A stretch of DNA of 63,296 nt, the filler included, from Bonamia ostreae (Eukaryota): the NCBI GenBank assembly GCA_040357525.1. It is 36 parts of 36 records of this genome, joined end to end, with 100 filler letters (N's around TTAATTAATTAA, not from the genome) between each part and the next. Parts side by side here need not be neighbours in the genome. Positions count along the whole stretch, not along the records: positions 51,131 to 52,783 come from JBDODL010001491.1; positions 52,884 to 54,536 come from JBDODL010001492.1; positions 54,637 to 56,289 come from JBDODL010001493.1; positions 56,390 to 58,041 come from JBDODL010001494.1; positions 58,142 to 59,793 come from JBDODL010001495.1; positions 59,894 to 61,545 come from JBDODL010001496.1; positions 61,646 to 63,296 come from JBDODL010001497.1; 29 more parts are not named here. One strand, given 5' to 3'. The position numbers were made by a program, and so were the translations under genes. The stretch's first letter is position 1. The number at the start of each line of letters is the position of its first letter. The notes beneath the pieces were generated by a model. It did no database searches. It saw only the letters and a program-made list of their open reading frames with translations, and was not told where the DNA came from. Shown here one piece after another: positions 51,031 to 63,296 of the stretch.

Positions 51031-53062
51031 NNNNNNNNNNNNNNNNNNNNNNNNNNNNNNNNNNNNNNNNNNNNTTAATTAATTAANNNNNNNNNNNNNN
51101 NNNNNNNNNNNNNNNNNNNNNNNNNNNNNNAACTTGTAGGCACAATTCTGACAATGGGGAATCAGTCGATATAGAAATACAAACACCTTTCATATAAACA
51201 GACCCTGAAGCGCACTACAACTTTATGTGAACCTTCGCGGTACGAACTGTTCCGTTTCCATATCAAAATGTTTCCTTTCTACCGTTCATCGTTCTGTTCC
51301 CAAACCAAAGCGTTCTTTTCTCATCTAAAACCGCTCGTTCCCCCAAAGCGTTCATCCCTATATAGCCCTTCGCGTGTCAATCGTCATTGTATGTCAACAT
51401 GGCGCGTTGTTGAGGTGGAAGCTAAAAGACTATCGCTCTTGATTCGACGCTATCTTTTCAGGTTGTGAAAGGCGTACAAAGTTTGAAAATTTCACACTTC
51501 AAATCCAATACAATTTACACTCTAATTAGCAATTCATCTCGACAAGACAGAACATGTTTTTTAAGTTTGTGTAAAATGCGAAGGGATATAGACTTGTTGA
51601 AGAAACAACTAAGGATACTAACTTACTAAAGAAAAAGTAATTGAAATTGTATTATTAAACCAAAAATTGTATAAACATATAAAGAATTAATTACCAAAAA
51701 TGTTACTGTTGATGAAATAAAGACGTTCGTACAGGGGGATTTTTTCATTTATTTATATTTAATAATTTATGTTTTGATTCAATTTTGTTGAAAGGGAATT
51801 TCGAAGCAAACAACCCTTCAAATTATAAAATATTGTCAATACGTATTTTTTGACTGATATGAGTTAGACACGTTTTGATTAAAGTGTTGGAAAATGAAAA
51901 TGAATTACTTATTTGTTTGTCTATCAACTAGTGTGGTGTCGTCTTCAAAAGTCGTTATAAAGTGATCGAGATAACAAGAGTTGCTAAAGGAACTATGTAC
52001 AAGCCGTGGTCTACGGGATAGTGGACACGGAGTACACACTATAGGTTCCCGTTACAAGTAACAGTGTTTTCCTTGATATCCCTTTTTAGAATTTGGCAAG
52101 TGTCTTCAAAACATGCTTAATGTGGGTATACCAAATTGGTATAATTAGGTGTATCAACAATCAACATGATAAGTCTGCATGATAATTAAAATAATGCAGA
52201 TATTCTCCTATCGAATTTAATCGCAAAATAAATCAAGTTTGTATCAAAACTAATTATATTCATCAACTTTTGAATTTAAATTATTAACTGTTAATGGATT
52301 ACATTTATTAATCTATTTCTTTTGCGATACTTTCACTCTGAATGTGCATATGATGACAATTTCTAAATCTTTAACACACTATATACACTGTGGTATACAT
52401 TTGTAATTTACAATTGATTGATAAACAACTGTACTTGTAAAAACTAAATCCGTCGTTAAATTTATCTCGTTAAGTAATCGAAAAAAAATCATAGTTTTTT
52501 TAATGAAGGGTGAGAATGTTATAACTTTAAAATCCGACTTAGAATGACGTAAAGCGATTTTCATTTTTAAATGAAATGTTGTTTTCTAATGCTTGCATTA
52601 GTGAACATACATGGAAATATCCTCATCTGAATCTTAAGGCACCTATAATTATATGTATTGGTTTACTTCCACTCACCCATTCCTTTAATTTCAAAATTTC
52701 GATAATTTTAAAATTTCATTTCGGCCACAAATGGCTCCCTTTCCCGCAATGCCTACATATCAATAAAACGTACCGAAAGTGTCNNNNNNNNNNNNNNNNN
52801 NNNNNNNNNNNNNNNNNNNNNNNNNNNTTAATTAATTAANNNNNNNNNNNNNNNNNNNNNNNNNNNNNNNNNNNNNNNNNNNNTTTAAAGAAAATTGACC
52901 AATTCAATTAAAAATATTGTCATTTTTAAAGAAAATTGTCCAACTCGACTTAAAAGTCGACGCTTCGTTTTCGAAAATATGTCGTTTTTGAACAAAAATT
53001 TATAAAATTTTAAAATGAAAAATTTTGCACAAAAATAATCACAAGAAATAGTCTCAATCTGT

Positions 53063-53553
53063 TTAGCCCGTTTTGGGTCTGTCCTTTTTACCCGTGAACA
53101 AAGATTTTAAAGCAACACCAGCGGTTTTAACAACTTTGAAACGCACTCCCGGAATGTCGCCGACGGAATGTCCTTTTCTCCCAAATCCAGAAACCAAAAC
53201 TTCGTCGTTTTCGTGAATGTAATTGAGATTTCCATCCAAAGGCACAAATGCAGTGATCTTCTTTCCGTTTTTCTTCAACATCACTCGGACGCATTTTCTG
53301 CAAGCGGAGTTCGGCTGTTTCGCTTCAATTCCTCTTTAGTTTTGCAAAAATTTTTTGTTTAAAAAAACAATTTTTCAACGACAATTCCTTTAGCGTGAGA
53401 AGCGCCTTCAAAAGGATTGGATTTTAGGCCGTTTCCGAAGCGCTTCTTTTTAAAGCTTTTTCTCGCCCATCGCTTTGTGCGATGTTTTGTTCTAAGTTTG
53501 CGTGCAGCGTTTATACCTCTTTTGAGTTAAATAGAATGTTACCCTTTGCCCAT
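53063..53553 (-). CDS. RPS23: 40S ribosomal protein S23 (uS12), complete, two introns
   Basis: [54 protein letters not shown]. Confidence 0.98.
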
Positions 53554-53927
53554 TTAAATTTAGTTTTTCTAAAACGCGAATTATATGCGATAAGTTTTAA
53601 TAAAATAATGGTTTAGGTTTGGATGGTTTGTCTAAATCAGTTTAGGATGTTTATTAAAACATTTGAAGATTATTGATTGTTTTGATTTATTGATTTACTT
53701 TTTGAAGATTATCGCTTTTAAGTTCTTTTTGGAAGGCGAAAAAGAAAATTTACAAACACAGAAAAACAGACCATATAATATAAAAAGCCGAAAATTACCC
53801 GTCAAAGCTTAAATTTTGTTTTTGAAAACGACATTACAAAACTGTGCTATTAATAAATTTTAAAGAGCTTAATTTTTTTTAGCACTTTTCCATTAAATAA
53901 AACTGACAACTAAAATTTAAAGTAAGC

Positions 53928-54456
53928 ATGGAAGCACTTAAAAGTTCTAATAAGTCTCTGGAAACAACTGTCAAACTCAATGAAAACAACTTCAAATTTC
54001 AGGCGAAAAAAGAGAGTTCCGATTTGTGCGTCTGCAATAACCCAAAAGAAGAAAAAAACGTTTTTTACATCGGCTGTGATATTTGCGAAAAATGGTATCA
54101 CGGCAAATGTGTCAGAATCAACGAAGACTTTTCAAAGTTTATCGACAAGTACTTTTGTTTTCGTTGCATCAACAACAAAACTCCAACGCAAGGAAAATGC
54201 ATTCTCAAAAAGTTTTGTTTTGAAATGTTGTGATCAAATTTTATTTTTAAATTTTGGATATAAAATTTAGTCATATTGTGAACAACAACGAAATTTATAT
54301 AAATCCTTTGGATCTCAATGATCCGAACATGTATTATGGGTACAACCCCAACAAAAGTGCGGCCACTTCGCGCCAAAAAAAGCTCGAATCGAATAAGCTC
54401 AAAATTCGGGCGGAAAAAATTGACGGATTATCAAAAAAGTTACAAGATAATCTTTT
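53928..54456 (+). CDS. PHD-finger protein (Spp1/CFP1-type PHD), 5' part
   Basis: LCVC..YIGCDICEKWYHGKCV..IDKYFCFRC. Confidence 0.85.
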
Positions 54457-57400
54457 GGTTTTTATTTATAATTTGATTTCAAAAAATATAAAAATTTAAT
54501 TTTTATCGCAAAAATAAAAATAAAAAAATTTAATTGNNNNNNNNNNNNNNNNNNNNNNNNNNNNNNNNNNNNNNNNNNNNTTAATTAATTAANNNNNNNN
54601 NNNNNNNNNNNNNNNNNNNNNNNNNNNNNNNNNNNNCCAACATTTCACATATATTCAAATCAGTTATACGACTTTAACGAGCTGAACTTCAATAACATAA
54701 ACACTGCCAACTTGATTTATCATAACTGAGTACACACACTTTTCCCACTATAATTCAGAATGAAACAACATGAAATGCTATCATTTTCATATTGTTTGTG
54801 AACATTACGTAGAATTGATATGCTTCCGCTCTTGATGTAGAACAACTATCCGTCAAACAACAGTTATTTATGACTATATACAAAGATACACACAGATGAC
54901 CGAGCTCAAAGGGAAAAGGAAACAGCTTGATAATATTTCATTACCTCAATGTAATTGGCAGTAATGTAATCCAATCCAGTTTTCAGAATTATTATTGAAT
55001 GGTCATCTGTTGTCAATGACAATAATTAGTCTTATATATAAATGTATCATCAAGTGAGTATTGGTATTGTTAGAAAGTAATTGTATAAAACAACAAACGA
55101 TAAACGGTACAGGAGTTGGAGGAACTCCCACGCCAAATGATGGACCTGATGCAAATGGTTTCAGTTAATCATTCTACAATCACATTGAGAGATGCAAAAG
55201 TAATGTTTATGAGACTGAGCTAGTGATTTGTTAAAAGTGATCGCTGTGCTCATGGAATACGTTTATATACGTGTAGAATGGTATGAATATCATGAATGAA
55301 AGGCTGCATGGAATGGAAGATACAAACAACATAGTGCGGGGAAAGTATAAACTACAGGATTTGATTTAATATTTTTCTACTGAGTTACCGAGTAAGGTTT
55401 GTGGAAGAAACATCAAGTTCCTGGTAACGTTATGCTGCTGCACGCACATTGTAGGGATCGAATCAGCAGTTTTCTTTCCATATACCACAACTTATTTCAA
55501 AATTTCATTGAGCGACAAAGTTAAATTTGTAGGGTTAAAAAAATTATATAAGTACATACATTAGATATGCATTGTTTTGTATTTCATTGGCACACGCAAT
55601 GTGTACATCGGTAGCAGCCTCAATGTCACTCGAAAGGGCTCTCAGTACCTAGGGGTCAAGCTCTGCGCTTCTCTAGTAGGATGGCTGCATGAGATGGCGA
55701 GGCTGGTTACACCTATGAAGTCTAAAAGGGAGCATGGAAGGTGGGGTGGGGGAGGGGTTGGGGTGTGCGCGGCGGCGGGGGGGTGGGGGGTNNNNNNNNN
55801 NGTGATGTGATGTTATCGAAATCCATTACATACATGGAAACGTTGTTTTAAATCTGTTCTTTGCCTCATTTCCCCCCTTCTTTCCTGCTTCACAACTATA
55901 TTGTTCTCCATAAGGTAAAGTCTGAAAAATGGAATACGTTTATTACGACATTATTGATATCTTAGTAAGATTCAAATATTATCTTATTTTGTGCTTGTGT
56001 AGGGGATATGATTCATAGTTGTGATAGACAAAACGGTTGCACCATTACCATGACGTACCATCTCTGGTGTAAGTCAATTGTACTGCATAGTGTACCAAGA
56101 ACATTTTTGTGCACGTTATTACAGACATGTGGTGTACTTTGTATGTGTCTCACTAAAATATTTTGACATTTCAAAGTAAAAACAGTAAATGTAAGCTTGA
56201 TGTATATTATCATTATCTAAAACAGTGAAATAAATTCATTTAACTGTGTAATATGCAACATGCAAGGATCAATCTCATAACTCCTATAANNNNNNNNNNN
56301 NNNNNNNNNNNNNNNNNNNNNNNNNNNNNNNNNTTAATTAATTAANNNNNNNNNNNNNNNNNNNNNNNNNNNNNNNNNNNNNNNNNNNNCTCATTACACG
56401 TACATGCAAATACACTTGGTGTATTTTTATGAATTATGAATTGTGAACATGATTATGAATAATTAATTATGTAACATATGTTAAAATCTAACAACGCTTT
56501 TATGCAGTGATAATCACTTTAATTTAAGATGACATATATGTCTGCTGAGTGATTTTGTTTGACCCGATTTGTTGGACATTAGAGCTTAACAAAAAATGCA
56601 ACATTTAAAAGCGTTCATATGCATGCATATAGTCATGTGATTATCATCGACAATAATATACTACTAGTAGTACATAAATATACCCATATCATGCAGAGCA
56701 TCCCAGCATTTTCCTTACAGAAAANNNNNNNNNNAGTCCGTATAAGGAATCCTTGTCCCCACTGTACGTCATTTTTTACGTTTTCAAGTATATAATATCA
56801 TGAAGATACTCTGCGCAGTTTTTGTTTGAGGCAGGCACAAACCATCACCAATTGAATTGAAACTTGCCATTTATTACGTAAATGTCTACAATAGGAAATA
56901 CAGTTGCAGTATACAAAATGCACATAGTACCTGCATGGAGTTAGAAAATTAGTAAACATTTGGCAGGTTAACCCTATATTCCTCCAACATATCGATGATA
57001 GCAGTAAAACTGTAACAACAGATACCTGGCATTTGGACCCACACCCATTTTAATCCACCGTTCTATTTCTAGTGTGCAAATTAAAGGTGATAAAATATCT
57101 TCATCTACACCTATTGAATCAATTTTATCTTTGCAGTTTTATCAAACTCCTAACTTACCTAGTTTTATGGTCCATATCAGTGGGGAGTATTTATCGTGAC
57201 AAAGGGGTTTTCCGTTTTAAGGTCACATCCAAAATACCCGTGAACTTTACTTCTCATATCGCGAAGGAATACCCCATACATGTTATTCGTCTTTGAACCA
57301 AGACCAGGATTGGGGATCAATTCGAGGCCCCTCGGCTGCGAAGTAATAGCGACCTAATCTTGTCATCTGATTCACAGAAGAAAACGATACACATCATTTG

Positions 57401-57809
57401 GGATGTCCCATGATGTGGTTTTAATCCGTTCACTGCATATAATGTTCTCATGTTTGATAACATGTCGTGTATGAGTTTAAATTCAGTTACATTTATACAG
57501 TTAACAGAAACAAATNNNNNNNNNNGTACAATATATACCATCATGTGTATAAAATTTATACTGTGGACTATCACGTAATGGGTTTTACTTCAATAGAAGG
57601 TGCGATATAAATCACATTAAATGATTCAGATGTGAACTAACTAAATTATTATAAAAATATATATTTCAGTATATATTAAAAGAAACCCAATATATTTTAT
57701 GCTGATTTGTTGTAAATTTTCAGGTTCGTGCATCATGCAATGTTTGATGTACAGATGCCGTGCGCTAGAGGCCACAGGAAATTACAGAATATAGTTTGCA
57801 CGATTCAAG

Positions 57810-58000
57810 TACAGTGATAGCTATCGGTAAGTGTAGTGGTTTTTGTGGAGTTACAACAGTCGGTAAGTATAATGGTTTTTGCTGAGTAACAACAACCTGT
57901 AAGTATAATTGTTTCTGTGCAGTGACAACAGCCGGTCAATAAAATGATTTCTGTGGAATAACAACAGCCGGTAAGCATAATGTTTTCTGTGCATTAACGG
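57810..58000 (+). repeat. Degenerate ~38-nt tandem repeat (host)
   Basis: CGGTAAGTATAATGGTTTTTGTGGAGTAACAACAG-like units, about five copies. Confidence 0.75.
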
Positions 58001-58141
58001 TTGTCAATAAGAAAGTATAATACACAGTTGTTGACTGGGGCNNNNNNNNNNNNNNNNNNNNNNNNNNNNNNNNNNNNNNNNNNNNTTAATTAATTAANNN
58101 NNNNNNNNNNNNNNNNNNNNNNNNNNNNNNNNNNNNNNNNN

Positions 58142-59303
58142 CGTTTTTTAGAATTGGAGAAAAAAGGTGCACGCATTTTCTCTGTTAAACAGCTTAAAAA
58201 TGCTTTGAAGTTGAAATCCGATGAAGTTGGAATTCAAACTTTAGTTTTTACTCATTTTCGCAAACGATGATTTTTAAAAAATTTTACTATTTTTAGTTGG
58301 ATAAAAAGGATATCGAAAAAATAAAAAAAATGCCAAAAAATAAAATGGTGAAAAGTTTGAAAAACGTTTTGTGTGAAGATTCAAAAGCGATTAAAAAAAT
58401 GACGAAGAAAAAGTTGGTAAAATTTATCAACAAAAAATTTTCAGTTTTTTTATAAAATTTAAAAGAGTGAAATGTCTTCAATCGATTTTTCACTGCACGA
58501 AAATTTATTGCACGAATTGCAAACTCGAAATAAAACAGTAACTAATCTAAACAAAGGATTCTTGGTACAATTTTGACAAATTTAATTTGCACTTTTTTAA
58601 AAAATCGATAATTGCAATAAAGAAAAAGAAACTTTACGAAGAACTTTTGTCCGAAAAAGCTTTAGCTGAAAAAGAGAAAATTTATCGAAGCGACGTGCAG
58701 AATCAATTGAATTCAGAAAAATCCATTTTTGTTTTGAGAGAAAAGCTCAAAAGCTTATTAGCGAACAGATACAGAAGACAAGCAGTCGATTTGGGCGTGG
58801 CCGAAATTTTGAATATCAGAAACACTGTTTTATGATCAATTTTAAAGAAACAGACATTTAATATAATCGGATTTAGATTGGAGCTTTTCTTTTTAATGGT
58901 CGAAGAAACGCGTCGTCGGTTTATGGAACGATTTTTCAAGGCGAAGCGCCCACTGAAATTGCTCAACCTTAAAAATTTTGACCAATTTGAAAATTTAGAT
59001 ATTTTAACAAGAAAACTTTCGGAGTTTATTCCTGTAAAGTCCGAGCTTAAAGAGCTTAATGAATTGGATGGTTTTTTATGGCAAATAAAGATGTAATCGA
59101 TTCTGAAGATCCAGACGACGAAAAGTCGAATTTTAAATTTCGGAGAGTAGTCGTAGAACTGCAGAAAAGTTTTAGGCAGATTTTTCAAGAAGTGTTGAAG
59201 GAGCAAATTTCAAAAAAAAAATAAAATTTGCAAAAATAATAATTCTGAAGATATCCACGATATTTTGGATACTGTCGAGAAATCGTGTGTGAATGATAAA
59301 TTT
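58142..59303 (+). CDS. 3' part of unknown multi-exon protist protein
   Basis: ORFs 58587-58835 and 58878-59096 linked by GTTTT..AG introns; no family recognised. Confidence 0.45.
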
Positions 59304-59410
59304 AAATTTTATTACGAATTTATACAGTTTATCTTAAATAGCGCAAAAATATTCAAAATGAACAAAAATGACAAAAAATTTGGCAAAAACTTGCAAAATG
59401 AGTCAATTCA

Positions 59411-59793
59411 TTAAAAATACAATCTCTTTGGTATCGAAACAGGTATTTTAAGAGCTGCAGACATTTCATTTTGAACATTCTTTGCATAAACACGAGGAAA
59501 TTGCTTTTCTTCTGAATTCGCCTTTCGGAACGGTAAATAAGTCACTTCGAGATTGTGACTAAACTGCGAGAAGAATCTCCAGAGATAAAAATAAATGTTT
59601 GTTTTGACGATTTGGCCATTTTTTTCGTGAAGTCCCGTGAACGCTGGATTGAATTTTTTAAAAGGATATTTGAGAATTATTGGTTGCAAGTTCTGGCCGT
59701 CTCCGAAAACGCCCGTCCGAAAAGGTAGCAACATTTTTCCGTTCGTTGTCGTTCCTTCCGGGAAGACTACTAAAGGACGCACATTTTTGTCAG
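59411..59793 (-). CDS. Lysophospholipid acyltransferase (LPCAT-like), 3' part
   Basis: VVFPEGTTTNGKMLLPFRTGVF, QPIILKYP, LEVTYLP, YAKNVQNEMSAALKIP. Confidence 0.9.
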
Positions 59794-59893
59794 NNNNNNN
59801 NNNNNNNNNNNNNNNNNNNNNNNNNNNNNNNNNNNNNTTAATTAATTAANNNNNNNNNNNNNNNNNNNNNNNNNNNNNNNNNNNNNNNNNNNN

Positions 59894-60633
59894 ATTTTTA
59901 TTATATTTTTTAGACAATTGATTGCTAAGTTCCGCAAGTTTAAATTCTCTTCTAATTTTTGCCAAATTTTGATTTTTCTCTCGTTCCCAAATTTTCATTT
60001 GATCGTCGCCAGATCGACCAAAATATTTTATGAAAAGTTTATTTGAACTATTTTTCGCTTCAAAAATTTTATTTTCGACCAAATTTAAATAATTTGATAT
60101 TTCATTCATTTTTAAATTGTTTTTTGGTTTCAATGTCAATTCCAAATTTGATTTCAAATTTTTTGTCGACTTTAAAATCGATTTTTGTTTATCGAAAGAA
60201 GCTGATTTGAGAATTGGCTCTTTAATGATTGAGATAATTTTGTTATTTTCGTGATTTTTTTGAATGGAAATTGGTCGAACAAAATTTCGCGGTTGTTTTT
60301 TTTGAATGATTTTCGAAGAAAATTGAGATTTTGTGGGGAATTTTGGTTTGTTAATATTTAAAGCGCTGTTTATCGCGTTTCGAAATAATTGTTTTCTCAA
60401 GCGAGGCTAAAATTTTGAATAATGTTTATTTAAAAAAATAGATAAAATTTAGCCAAAATAACTTTTAGGTTAACGTTTTTGCGTTTTTCGATTTTCCTCA
60501 AATTGTTTGTCGTTGTTGTGTTGTGATTGTTGACTCTGTTCGGATTGTGAAACATTTTTGAGAGAATGAAGATTGCTAAATAAATTGATAAAGCGGTTAT
60601 TATAAAATCAACATATAAACAAGATTTAGCCAC
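59894..60633 (-). CDS. Unknown N-terminally anchored K/N-rich protein (partial)
   Basis: TM segment FIITALSIYLAIFILSKMF, then ORF 59894-60400; start codon unclear. Confidence 0.45.
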
Positions 60634-60735
60634 TCGGCGTTAAAGTCGAATATATTATTAATATTCTAAAAAATATAATTAGCTTTAAAAATATATTGGA
60701 TTTTGTTAATAAATATATTTGAAATTAGTTTCAAA

Positions 60736-61113
60736 ATGGATAAAATTGAAAATTTGGTTCACAAAATTGCCGCAATCCGAAATGCGACAGGAGAAATCAA
60801 ATTTGAACCAATTTCAGAACAAAAATATTCGGATTATTTGTCTAAATTTTCTATTCTGTTAAACGACTTGGACGAGCTTAAAAAAGTGGTTTGTCTAAAT
60901 TTTAAATTTTGATTACAAATTAAGAAAGCGATATCTGATTTTACAGTTGTCCCGAGAGTTTCCGATTTTCCGGTGAACTTTTTTTACGGAGAAAATGGAA
61001 AATCTTGCGAAGATTTAAGAATTAGCAATTCGGATTTTGAACATGATAATGTTGAAGAAATAATTGAAAGTTTTAACAAAATGGTTGAATCAATTTTGGG
61101 GAGTTTTAAGTAA
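60736..61113 (+). CDS. Small two-exon protein, possibly Mediator Med8-like
   Basis: YSDYLSKFSILLNDLDEL..FTVVP..IESFNKMV loosely follows the Med8 pattern. Confidence 0.4.
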
Positions 61114-61645
61114 ATTTTTCAATTTAATTTTAATCTTTTTATTGATTTGGCTTGTGGCGGCTCATTGCTAGAGTTTCTTTGTTTTAATCGAATGAAATTT
61201 GTTCAATTGGAATTTACAATTTTACAATTAAATTTAATAAAATAGCAAAACTATAATTATTTTTTATTAAAACTATTTTTTTCTACGTGTATTGTTTTGT
61301 TATTAATTATAGAGGTTATGTTAAAGAAACTTTTATTGTATCATTATTTGTCTAGTTTTTATTAAATTAAAAAATTTATTTTTTTTTTCTTTGTAATTTT
61401 ATTACAATAAACTTTTTTTTTTGTTTATTCAAACAAGCTAACAATTTGATAGTATTGACCTCATCAAACTACATACAATGCTATGTATTTTTTTTTTTTT
61501 TTTTTGGTGAACAATATAGACTCTTGTAATGTCTTCAGAAATACGNNNNNNNNNNNNNNNNNNNNNNNNNNNNNNNNNNNNNNNNNNNNTTAATTAATTA
61601 ANNNNNNNNNNNNNNNNNNNNNNNNNNNNNNNNNNNNNNNNNNNN

Positions 61646-62942
61646 ATTTTGCGTTAAATGAAAAATAATCTTCAAAATTTTGATAAATGGCTGATCTAAA
61701 TTTTGCGTTAAATGAAAAATAATCTTCAAAATTTTGATAAATGGCTGATCTAAATTTTGCGTTAAATGAAAAATAATCTTCAAAATTTTGATAAATGGCT
61801 GATCTAAATTTTGCGTTAAATGAAAAATAATCTTCAAAATTTTGATAAATGGCTGATCTAAAATTTGCATAAAATGGCACAGAATTATTAACAAACTTTT
61901 AGTTTTATCACTGTATTCTAAAAAGAATGTTACGGCGTTTGTGTGACAATCAAAATTTCCTGCGAGAATCGGAAATGCTACAAAGAAACTATAAGGAGTT
62001 TTAGAAAAAAGAGATATTTCAGCTTTCGAGGTATCCAAATCAAATATAAAGTACAATATTCCGGCAACGAGAAATATTATGGCAACGAATGCCGTTATCG
62101 ATACAAACCGAAGCGAATCCAATCCTTTTAAATTGCAAAAATTGTCATTTAATAAATTTATTTGCAAAATTATTTTTATTGCAAATTTTCTTTTATTTTT
62201 GGCATTTTTATTACATTTTTTGCAAATTTTCTTTTATTATTGCCATTTTTATTACAATTTTTTGCAAATTTTCTTTTATTATTGCGAATTTTATTGCAAT
62301 AACAAAAAAGCAAATTAAAATATTCCAGTTTTCCAAAATAGTAAAACGCTTAAACAGCGAAAGCGGAAAGAGCACAAAAATCGAGACAATCAAAACAATC
62401 GCCCAATTCGGAAAATCGTAATTCTGGTAAAATTTGATGATTGACATTATCCGCGAACTTATTACCAGCTGATAGCCCGCATTCGCAGAAATCGTTATTC
62501 CGATTATAGAAAAATCGACTAAAACGACAAGCCATGTCCCAATATCTTCAAACATTAGCGAATACGAATTTTTTCTCGTCTTCTTGCCCAAGAAACCGAT
62601 CAACGAGAACGAATAAGCGGTGAAAAAATAAATGAGCACCAACATTATGTTGCCAAGAACTACCCCGCTCAGCGTGAACGTCCATGGAATGAAAATGAGG
62701 AAAGAGCCGATTATGTTTTTCGCCATGTTGAGCGTGAAGATGACGACTCCGAAAGGTTTGTCAAGCCAATAATCCGTTTTCTGATTTTGGGAAAGTTCTA
62801 AATCGAAGCTGTCGCTTTTTAGGGGGTCTTTAGAGCCATTTTCCGTATTTTCGTGTGCTTTAAAATCGATTTCGCGTTTGTCGTCAGTTTTCCTTTTTAA
62901 TTCTTCGATATCTTCTTTTGCTTTTTTTAGTTTGTTGACCAT
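61646..62942 (-). CDS. Amino-acid transporter (AAAP/SLC38-like), 5' part
   Basis: IFTLNMAKNIIGSFLIFIPWTF, FPLSLFKR|LDSLRFVS across intron 62125-62347, AFPILAGNFDCHTN. Confidence 0.88.
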
Positions 62943-62994
62943 TTGTGATTATTTGAAAACTGGTTTATTTTCCGGTTAGTGCGATTTCATAAAA

Positions 62995-63296
62995 AGAGCA
63001 AAAATGAACGTTTTGAAATTTATAATTTGTGTTTCGGAATTTTAACGATTTCCTTTTGTTTTTATTCGTAATTAATTTTTTTCCTAATTACAAAAATTTA
63101 TTAAAATGAACGTTCTGAAATTTATAATTTGTATTTCGGGATTTTAACGATTTCCGTTCGTTTTTATTCGAAATTATTTTTTTCCAAATTACAAAAATTT
63201 TTTAAAATGAACGTTCTGAAATTTATAATTTGTGTTTCTGAATTTTAACGATTTCCGTTCGTTTTTATTCGAAATTATTTTTTTCCAAATTACAAA
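62995..63296. repeat. Tandem repeat, ~102-nt unit, three copies, probably intronic
   Basis: AAAATGAACGTTCTGAAATTTATAATTTGTGTTTCGGAATTTTAACGATTTCC... repeated at ~63001, ~63103 and ~63204. Confidence 0.85.

Overview
This window is not one locus. It is an artificial concatenation of 36 unplaced eukaryotic contigs (about 1672 down to 1651 bp, sorted by length) joined by 35 identical 100-nt spacers (N44-TTAATTAATTAA-N44, stops in all six frames). Two genomes are mixed. About 23 contigs come from a gene-dense AT-rich protist whose genes are split by tiny (mostly 19-40 nt) GT-AG introns with an unusual GTTTT...(A-rich)AG signature. Recognisable genes include TRAP1, RPN10, an ABCC transporter, PPA, Derlin, STK11/LKB1, SNF8, XPB, ArfGAP, PRP43, CNOT1, a DDX60-like helicase, calpain, RPS23 and tRNA-Lys. 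About 13 contigs look like animal, probably bivalve, DNA: gene-poor, repeat-rich, with GIMAP and decayed LINE/Penelope/Mutator relics. My inference, unconfirmed without a search, is an oyster plus an ascetosporean (Bonamia-like) parasite. The most interesting signals are: the intron architecture; private tandem-repeat expansion of individual introns (one lets two contigs be joined into a single TRAP1 gene); a two-motif tRNA/B-box-like non-coding element found twice with its motifs in swapped order; a structured hairpin plus a decayed gene upstream of an orphan RPN10 3' half; and a membrane-anchored, catalytically degenerate inositol 5-phosphatase. All gene calls are from manual translation and motif recall, not database searches.
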